Of a stretch of 64,000 nt of DNA, positions 55,161 through 64,000 are shown piece by piece. Each line of letters starts with the position of its first letter. Position 1 is the stretch's first letter. This stretch comes from Eledone cirrhosa (Eukaryota). The translations under genes and the position numbers were made by a program. The stretch lies in NCBI GenBank assembly GCA_964016885.1, contig OZ024741.1, positions 37,386,001 to 37,450,000 on the forward strand, given 5' to 3'. The notes below the pieces were generated by a model. It was not told the DNA's origin. It ran no database searches and was given only the letters and a program-made list of their open reading frames with translations.

Positions 55161-55235
55161 ACGGTGTTGATGGCTGGTGGATTGGATTGTTTGCTCTTCA
55201 CTGTTTATGCTTCTTTACTCATGTGTATTACTGTT
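55161..55235 (+). CDS. Candidate host coding exon (hydrophobic, signal-peptide/TM-like)
   Basis: tactccag|75 nt open|gtaagt; phase-1 reading GVDGWWIGLFALHCLCFFTHVYYC. Confidence 0.4.
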
Positions 55236-55432
55236 GTAAGTTAAAATGAAATAGTTATCAGGAATTGGAATCTAGTTGTAAACTTGGTCAATTGGTTGCT
55301 TAATTCATGGCTAAAGGATATTATAAATGTTTCCTAGGATTTAACAGTTTTTCTCAATCTCAAATTCTTATTGTTATTGGTTCCTTTAAGAAGAACATGG
55401 TAATCACACAACTGATTTCTCTTCCCTTGTAT

Positions 55433-55504
55433 TTCTTCTTCTTCTTCTTCTTCTTCGTCTTCGTCTTCGTCTTCGTCTTCGTCTTCTTCTTCTTCTTCTT
55501 CTTC
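55433..55504. repeat. (CTT)n/(CTTCGT)n microsatellite
   Basis: Direct reading. Confidence 0.9.
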
Positions 55505-56569
55505 TAATGACTGTTTTCTCTGCTAGCAAAGATTGGATATGTCGTCAGTTGTGGAACCAGAAATTACAATCTTGATTTTAATTCCTGGTTAGAGCCATAT
55601 CTCATCACTTTTATCATAAATGTTTTACTGAATAAAATAACTTCCTTGTGTTCTCACCTAAACATTTTATTCTTCATATCTATTCTGGCTGGATCAAATG
55701 CTTTATGGAGTTTAATTATGAAACTCTACATTATGAATTCAAATCTCACCAAAGAACTTTCATCTCAATGTGGTTACTAAAACAAGTGGAAGTCATGTAA
55801 TCATCGAATCAGTTGTTCTCTTACCCAACAAATTTGTGACTGTGCTTGCTGCCAGTGTTTAAATTCTTAATTATTATTCTATGAAGTTTGATAGATATAG
55901 AATAAAATTCAATACATATTTCTTGGTTTGCTAGAATAAGTGATGGGGCTGTATCAGTGGTATAGCTAGGATTTGTGCTATCTGAGGCAGTTTTGGCATC
56001 CTTCCTCTGCAAATAACAATGTAGTAGACCAAAAGGCTGGTCTCTGATGTAAGACGTTTGTATCTTAATCTGGAGATTCAAATTGTTTCACATCTAACTT
56101 TTTATCTTAAATTCATGTTCAGATATGTAAGAAGAAAATAATTCCTCTCAATTAATTTAAAGAGTGGATACTGGCAGATTGGTTTAGGTGGAAACTCTAA
56201 GAGACTGTGCAATACATTGGTCTTTACTTAGTTAATAGATTTCAAATGGATCTCAAAAAGAGCAGCTTCATTTTCTAGCATTTTATGGAGTATATCATCA
56301 TCAGCCCCATGATCATCATTTTTTATTTCATATTGAAGGGAATTACTGGCATAATTATCTATTGGGATGTCATTTGCCAATTTAAAAGAAGAAATTGAAA
56401 AATATTTTGTTTTGAATAACTATTATTTCTGGTTTATACAAAAATTTGCATACATAGGTGACACTCTTCTTGCAGCAAAAAAAGAAATGTGTTTATTTGA
56501 GTAATCATCAAAAACATCTTTAAGAAGGCAAAAAGCAACTTACACAATATTCTGTTTTGGCAACATTTT

Positions 56570-56880
56570 CTATCATCAACATCATTTTTTATGTTTGCTC
56601 TACCATGCTTGCATAGGTTGGACAAGTCTTTTCCAGCACAGCTTCCCTCCATTTACTGCATTCCTTCATCATCTCATTCAGGTTCAGTGTTTTGAAATCT
56701 TCTCTCACCACTTCTGGCCAGGTCTTCTTGGCCTTCCCCTACTGCAGCTCCCTTCCATTGGGAACTCCTGACACTTCTTCATTCAACAATCCTCATACAT
56801 ACACATCACATGTCCATACCAACATGGTTTTCTCTCTTGCATACTATACTTCATTCTTCAGCCTATCCATGCTTTGCCAT
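56570..56880 (-). mobile_element. Old RTE 3' end
   Basis: Decayed catcaacatcat tail; minus strand resembles W.GHV.R..GRPR.TW. Confidence 0.5.
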
Positions 56881-57097
56881 TCACAGGTGGGATTTTTCAG
56901 AAGCAGGAATAATCTCTTAAAATGGAAACCATATAGCATATAATAGTCACACACTTAATAGTACTTAGGAGCTACATTGAACATAAAGTCTATTTGGTGA
57001 CATGATGTATGGAAAAATTGACACATTTTCTCTTAGGAAAATCTTTCACATTGGTAATTGATCAACCATTTCAATTCAATTTTTCAAAGTTTTGCAG

Positions 57098-57171
57098 GTG
57101 AACTTCCCAGTGATGTGCCAGGTGGGCCCTTACATTACCACAACATGACTTCAAAATTATTTACATTCTTG
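57098..57171 (+). CDS. Candidate host coding exon, phase-compatible with 55161-55235
   Basis: ttttgcag|74 nt|gtaaat; ELPSDVPGGPLHYHNMTSKLFTFL. Confidence 0.4.
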
Positions 57172-57757
57172 GTAAATTATCAGTCATGTTGATAGACATA
57201 AAGTATGATTCAGATCAGCTTGATGCAATTTTATTTATAACTGTATTTTATTCTGAGATAGGTTGTGATGTATTCAGTTTTGTTGATGCACAGACAGTTG
57301 AAGTCATTAACAATCATTTTAACACATGTCCCCCTTTGTGTTAGCTTAAAGAATTGTATTGCTGGAAAATATTGGTCTAGACTAACTCTCCTAGAATGGC
57401 AATTTGCCAGACATTCATCTGCAGAAAATAATCTTATCAGGCTGCAGCGAATAGCCTTATCTTAAATAAAAACAGACTATTTATTTCTAAACCTTATCAT
57501 ACAAAAGTTTTTCTTTTTTTTACAATTCATGACACACAACTGGGTGTGCAACAAACATTTAAGAAAGCAAGGGTTTGTGTTTGGTTGCCTAATCTTGGTA
57601 GAGTTACTGGAGAATTTGTCAGATCTTGTGACATGTATGCTAAGATCAGATTTTTAGTGTTCTGCCAGACCCAGGATTATTTACTTGAGTAAATATCACC
57701 GGAATCTAACTACTAAATTTTATACAGAAAAGGATAAGATATATTTACAAAACACCA

Positions 57758-58019
57758 TGTCGAATACAAGTCTTCATTTTATTGTAACTCCGTTATAATT
57801 GTTGTACATAAATATCCTCGTACATATTAAGGTATAGTCCAAAGCCCGTGATTAACATGTTCATCTTCAGTGTTGTCGGTTCGAAGGAAAGGCGCCAAAG
57901 AGAGAAAGAGCGGGCTGAGTTGCCGCTATTTATAACCTCTTTCCCGAAGTTGCAAAAGAGGGTTCTAGACTTTCGACGGGAAGTAACTCTAACTACTTCC
58001 CTGTCTAGAGAGCGCTACA
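57758..58019 (-). mobile_element. Probable isolated LTR
   Basis: TGT..ACA ends, TATAAATA and AATAAA on the minus strand, followed by TGGTGT (PBS-like start); no TSD seen. Confidence 0.45.
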
Positions 58020-58026
58020 GATTTAA

Positions 58027-58195
58027 CCCTTTCATTATTATATTTCTGATAAAATACACTGCTTATGAATGTCAAATCATTTAGAAAATAATCAAGATTT
58101 TAGAAGGATTTAGTAATATAACTTTCTTATTATTACGCTGGTGTTTGGAATATAAAAACATTTTTTTTTACATGAAATGATTGGTATTAAAAGGG
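58027..58195. mobile_element. piggyBac-like MITE
   Basis: TTAA|CCCTTT...AAAGGG|TTAA. Confidence 0.6.
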
Positions 58196-58629
58196 TTAAA
58201 GTACTTATCAGTGGTCTGAATTATGGACTTAGATATGAAGATTGTTGGAAATGTCTTGATATATTTGACACAGACACTACATTATTGAACCAGCAGGAAC
58301 CAGCAGGAACCTGGAAAATGTAAGGAAAAACTATGGAATAGAATTCATTTAATTAAAGGATTAGTTAAAGTATTGATTCTCAAAGTGGGCAGTGCCCCTG
58401 CTGCTCTTGATTGGGAGTTTCAAGAATGCAAGGGGTGGTAGGGGATTGTGTGAGAGGAAAAGGACAAAATAAATACAAATTAGTAGTTGCTCATAAAACT
58501 GCCATCTTTTAGTTATACGTTAAATGCTTAAATAAAATTTCAAAATTTATTAGAATTTAATTTTCAGTGTATAATTTTTGATCAAATGTACAGTGGGAGT
58601 TGGGGTCACTGATGAACTATATTCTTTAA

Positions 58630-58843
58630 CCCTTTAGTTACCAATCTGGCCAAAACCGACTCTGGTACTACAAAATAAAACCACTCATTTTAAAGCTTTC
58701 CAATTTAAATTAAAATCTTCCAATATTACATTAGGTTACTATATTAGTAATGAAATAATTAATAATTTTAGTAAATCACTCAAAATTCTTTATTAATTAA
58801 TTGAAATAGAGTGTATTTCATTAGAAATGCAGCCATGAAAGGG
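58630..58843. mobile_element. piggyBac-like MITE
   Basis: TTAA|CCCTTT...AAAGGG|TTAA. Confidence 0.6.
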
Positions 58844-59377
58844 TTAAAAAAGTGTGTTTGTGTGATGTAGTAAAGAAACATCTGGGTTCAACAGACTTTT
58901 GCAAGAAAATTGTAAATACTATCTGAAATTCCAACTCTAATGGTGCAATAGAAAGAACTGAGCAGACAATTACATCTGCATTAAAAGGTTACTGTATATC
59001 AATTAGAATGGTCGATGAGTATTTGCTAAAGGTTCTTTTCAACAATCACAGTGCATTTGGTGCATGCAAGTTATGTTCAGCAGAGAAATTACTTGGTTGA
59101 CAATTAAGAGACACAGTAAACCTTATTTATGAGGTTGGACAAATGGTTCATTACCAGAACAATACAATAAGATTTCCTACAGATGCACTTCATCTGATAC
59201 ATGATGGCAGAAACACAGCTTTTCATTTACTTTATTTCTAATGAAAGACAAATCTTATAATTTTCAAATAATTTTGAAAATAATCATGAATTTGGATGTA
59301 TGTATTAATATAATTTTCTCATTATTAAGCTGGTGTTTGAAGCATAAGATAATAATGGTTCCTATATAAAGTTTGCA

Positions 59378-59675
59378 TAGAAGAGGTAGGTGTAAAAGCT
59401 AAACTCGCTATCTTCAATTCAGTATTCATGATATGGTCATGAATCTTGGGTATACAAGCAGCCAAAATCATGTTCCTCCAAAGGGTCTTTGGAGGAACTT
59501 TACTCAATAGAGTGTGTTGCTCAGAGATCAAAGAGTTGCTCCAGGTAGAGCTGCTACTTTTCCGAACTGGGAGATCACAGCTCTGATACTATGGGCATGT
59601 GGCTAGAATGTCTTAGGAAAGAATCAGTGGACAGCTTTTTTGGGCAAAAACCAACCAGAAAGAGACCCAGAGGGT
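59378..59675 (+). mobile_element. Old RTE fragment
   Basis: Similar to 61808-62140 (KL.IFNSVF..YGHESW). Confidence 0.6.
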
Positions 59676-60404
59676 TTTTATTTTAATTAAGCTCTACAAT
59701 TCTTTGTAACAGATTTCTTACTTATAAAAATTCTTGTCAACTGATCCAGCAGTTTGTTGATAATTCACTGGAGAGGTCTGGCATGGCTGAAATATGTCTA
59801 GTCCTGTCCTATTATCTGCTAATGAAGATCAGAGTTTTATATAACCTTTTTCTTACCATATTTCTAATGTATTTCAATTAAATTGGAAATAATTATTATG
59901 TTGATGATAGGAGCATTACTTAAGAAAAAGTTCTTACATTAAATTATGATGGAATGTTTTAATATAGGAATGAATAATTTAAAATGGGAAATTTTGTTCA
60001 TAGAACCCGGTGCTGTCTCATATGGGTTAGTATTGAAAGAGTTCAGCTGATAAATTAATATTTTGCAAAATTAATTCTTTGTTTCTTGAAATTATCTCTC
60101 ATTTTTTTAAAAAGTGGATAATTACAGCTCTGTTTTTGTTTTCTTTTACCAACTAAGAAGTAAATGTTAATTAACTGAGATTTTTTGTTTTGTTTATTCC
60201 CATCATTTAGCACCTTATGCCCTACCAGATTTACCTTAGATGTGAAAACCTTCTTTTTATTCTTCTTCACCTACTTATTCCTGAGAGGGTCGTGAAAACA
60301 GAGTTCTCAAATACTCTAGCGGGGTCAAATACTCTAGCTTTAAAATTCATGACATGCATAGCTGATAGAAGAGAATAGAATGATCAATCATGGGAAAATA
60401 TTTA

Positions 60405-60548
60405 GTGTTAGGAAGGGCATCCAGACGTAGAAAACCAGCTAGAAACAGAAATGAGCGAGACATGGTCACCCGACCCAACTTGCCTCTAATGGAACAAACC
60501 CATTTAACCCATGCTAGTGTGGAAAATAGACGTTAAATGACGATGATA
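60405..60548 (+). mobile_element. Old LINE A/B-type 3' terminus
   Basis: gtgttaggaagggcatccag..cccatgctagtgtggaa..gacgttaaatgacgatgat. Confidence 0.7.
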
Positions 60549-61794
60549 GCTGTATGTAAAGCATACAATTTTATGGTAGCTTTTACTCTCTTACTATAAA
60601 ACCACATGAACCTGCCCTTGGTTTTATGATGCAAAAATTGTTGTTTTGAGGTATATTCATCTAAAAACCTTCCATCATAATTTTATGCAAAAACCTGTGT
60701 TAAGTTATGTTCTAAACACTAGCTGAATAATAATAAAAATGCTAGTTATATTACTAAATCCATCCCAATTCTTTATTATCTTCAAAGTCATAGGTAATGC
60801 CATTCATTAGATATACAGTAATAACAAGAATAACTGAGTCTAAATTTTACAATAATACTATATAAACGCAAAAAAATTCCTATAATTTTAAATAACTGCA
60901 AATATGATGAACAGACTTATTTTATTAAAATGCAATATAACAGAAACAATTCTTTTTATGATGATGATGATAGCGTTATACCCATACATAATCAGCCCCC
61001 CCCCCTCCTGTGTTTATAATGTTTTGGCTTCAGCTATTGTCGCATACATATATTTCTTTGGGGGAATATTGTTTGCAACTTTGCTTGTAATTTTGTTAAA
61101 ATAAAAAGAAAACAGCTGGCTAAAATAACCACACTCATTGCCTGTACAACCTAGCAAATCCCTCCTAGAACTATAGATATCATATAAATGTGTTTTTATG
61201 TCTAAAATGAACAGATTTACCAGTGTTTCTCAACTGCCACTATTAATGACTGACAATATATGTAGCATCTACTAGATTACAACCAGCCAAGAGAGAACTA
61301 ACTGCACATATGTTTTGCAAATGTGGAAGTAATTTTTGTTTTTGAGTACAACGTTATCAGCATATATTTGTTTACAACACTGATATTCACATAGAATGAA
61401 TATTGATATGATCAACCTTCCCTACATATTCAATTATTTGCTTCTGTGTGTGGGTGTGTGAGTGTTAGGGCAGCATATTTCAAGCCCAGAGAAGATTCAG
61501 TAGATAATTTGCATGCAATGTTTCATGCCTTATTTTTTAGTAAAAACTAAGTCTATACAGTAGTTTATTGTTTGAAAATATAAATATTTGTCTCACTAGG
61601 TATTTAACCCTTTTCATAACATAAGGCTGGAGGAACCAAATGACCAGATACCGAACTGCTCAAACCTGGCTCTGCTTCTACTGTAGTCTCCATATTTATT
61701 CAAAAACCTTTCATAATAGTTTCATGTAAAAACCTTTGTATAGCTATGTTCCAAACACCATCTTAAGAAAGTTAGTTATATTACTTCAGCATTC

Positions 61795-62278
61795 AGTAAT
61801 CTGAAGATGAGAGATAGGTGTAAAACCCAAACTCACTATCTTCAATTCAGTATTTGTGCCAATCCTTATCTATGGTCATGAATCTTAGGTATGGCCGAAA
61901 GAATACAATCACGAATACAAGCAATCAAAATGGGGTTCTTCTGAAGGGTCTTTGGAGTAATGTTCTTTAGAATGCATAGCTTGGAGATCAGAGAGTCACT
62001 CCAGGTAGAGCCACTACTTCTCCAAATTGAGAGATCACAGCTCTGATACTATGTATAGGCATGTGGTTAAAATGTCTCAGAGAAGGATCGCTGGACAGAT
62101 TTTATAGGCAAAACCAACTAGCAGGAGACCCAGGAGTAGACCCTGAGCAAGATGGTTGGATAACATCCGTAAACTCGGCTGGTCTTGCTTGGGGATCAGT
62201 TGGAGATGGTTGCTGCTGGAAGAAGGGTTTGAGGACTCTGCTTTCACAACTCTCTCAGGCTTAAAGTGAAGAAGAAGT
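61795..62278 (+). mobile_element. Old RTE 3' fragment nested in a MITE-like element beginning ~61607
   Basis: IFNSVFVPILIYGHES..; (GAA)n end. Confidence 0.6.
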
Positions 62279-63216
62279 TATATTACTAAATCCTCTAATA
62301 CTTGAGTATTTAAAAAAATATTTGAAATTCATAGGCTGTGTTTTTCATTAGAAATATGGTAACAATATTTTTTTATTTTACTAATTGTAATTCTACTACA
62401 GTGGAAAGAATGTTTTGAAATGGTTTATTTAATGCAGATTTTATTCCTCCTTGCAGCAACTTGATCTCAACCAGCAGTTAAAATATGTTTTTATGCCAGT
62501 AATCTGTCCATCAATGTATTTGTTACTCTCAAGCCTTATAAACATTCTCCTAATTCATCACCAAGACATCATGACATCAGATGTCTAAAGCTGCTCATTT
62601 TCTACAACATACTCACATATCAACTTAACCCGTTGATAAATGGAGGAGGCATATGTCATTTGTTGCTGAGAATGAAATGTAAGAGTTTCAAATTCTAAGA
62701 ATTTGAACTTACCCCATAGGCATAATATAAGGACATAAATAATTAAACCAACAAAAATACTTATCTGGTTTAATAAACATTTTCGTTTTCTTATACCATG
62801 ATGAAAAGAACAAACGCACAAAAAAAAACTATTTTTTTCTTTATTATCATTATTGATAACTCCCTTATGATATATAACCAATAATAATATTATTATAAGT
62901 TTATAAAAATTAAAATCCTTATGACTGAGTGGATATCTGGCCTCCAAGCCAAAGAAAGTGTGAGTTTGCATCATGTGATTGGCAGTGTGGAATGAATGGC
63001 CTTGAGAAAGGCACTAAAACCACTCTTATTACCATTTAGTTGGCAGCTGAGAGGGTGGAGGGCTAAGAAAGAGAAAGAATATAACTGTGTGACTGATCTA
63101 ACTAGAAATTGGCTTTGTTGTTGTTTGATCATTTGCAATGCCAAGATAGGAATAACTTCACACAAGAATGAAGCATTATATTTAATTGTTTCCATGTTGT
63201 GGTATGAGACTACATC

Positions 63217-63321
63217 CCATCATCATCATCAGCAGCAGCAGCAACAGTAGTAGTAGCAACAGCAGTCTTCTTTTTCTTTTCCCTCTTCTTTTTTTTGTTG
63301 TTGTTCTTCTTCTTCTACTTC

Positions 63322-63355
<34 letters not shown>

Positions 63356-63372
63356 GCTGCTGCTGCTGCTGC

Positions 63373-63405
<33 letters not shown>

Positions 63406-63415
63406 GCTGCTGCTG
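63217..63415. repeat. Compound trinucleotide microsatellite (CAT/CAG/TAG/TTG/CTG)
   Basis: Direct reading. Confidence 0.9.
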
Positions 63416-63499
63416 CCTTCCATATCCTTGTTCAAACTTCTTCCATTTGTCCTTATCCATTGTTATTATTGTAACACCTCTATTTACCTTAATGTATTA

Positions 63500-63740
63500 G
63501 TTGATGTCCTCCCTGCATCTCCTCTTCTGCCTTCCCTCTCCCAAAATCCAACTTATGGGGGTTTTTTTTCATCCAACTAATTTCCTCTATTCTGGCTAAA
63601 TGTTCTGCCTACCTCCATTTCGTTTTTTGCTATTTCCTGAACTATATCTCTAATTCCTGTTTTCCTTTTGATCTCTCCAAACTTAATTCCATCTTTTAAT
63701 GTGATATTTAACATTCTTCTCTCCATGGTATGTTGTATTA
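63500..63740 (-). mobile_element. Old RTE C-terminal fragment
   Basis: QHTMERRMLNITLKD..IKRKTGIRDI. Confidence 0.55.
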
Positions 63741-63791
63741 TGATTATAAATGATGCCAAAATATGACCAAAAAGCTCTAAACCATTGAGAA

Positions 63792-64000
63792 GGGCGGTGG
63801 ATTGGCTGAATTCTTAGAGTAGTGGATAAAATGCTTTGTGGTATTTTGTTCTGCTTTTTTGCATTCTAAGTTTAAATCCCACCGAGGTCAACTTTGTTTT
63901 TCATCCATTTGGTGGTTTTGATAAAATAAAGTATCAGTCAAGTACTCAGGTTCATTTAATCGACTTTCCTTTCTTCCAAACATACTGACATTGCGCCAAA
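63792..64000 (+). mobile_element. tRNA-derived SINE with Meta-like domain (cut by window end)
   Basis: Related to 46778-46968. Confidence 0.7.

Noticed and set aside
58233-58320. Third candidate exon ending at gtaagg
   Set aside because: Candidate acceptors give stops in the phase needed after 57171.
63182-63500. PolyN/polyL/polyT ORFs
   Set aside because: Compound trinucleotide microsatellite with no coding context.

Overview
Eukaryotic, AT-rich, repeat-dominated window; the SINE/LINE types and the microsatellite load suggest a mollusc, probably a cephalopod (inference). Bases 1-~51,600 are a dense nest of retroelements inserted into interrupted (TA)n tracts. It holds about 16 pieces of one young RTE-clade LINE (family A, with one full-length copy with an intact 1061-aa APE+RT ORF), a related LINE (family B) with its partner tRNA-SINE, and a third RTE family (C). 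It also holds a Helitron and a DD37D Tc1/mariner element. Between these lie short non-coding elements carrying type I hammerhead ribozyme (HHR) motifs: I folded 14 motifs by eye, in 8 unrelated families, several with variant cores. One family is linked to a GIY-YIG endonuclease fragment (Penelope-like, PLE). One behaves like a circularly permuted ~480-nt retrozyme. Most share an 'inverted arm + fixed ~70-90-nt tail' architecture. Bases ~52,000-64,000 are older, intron-like DNA with decayed repeats and two candidate host exons. The many Ile/Tyr-rich ORFs are microsatellite artefacts. Coordinates were read by eye and may be off by a few bases.
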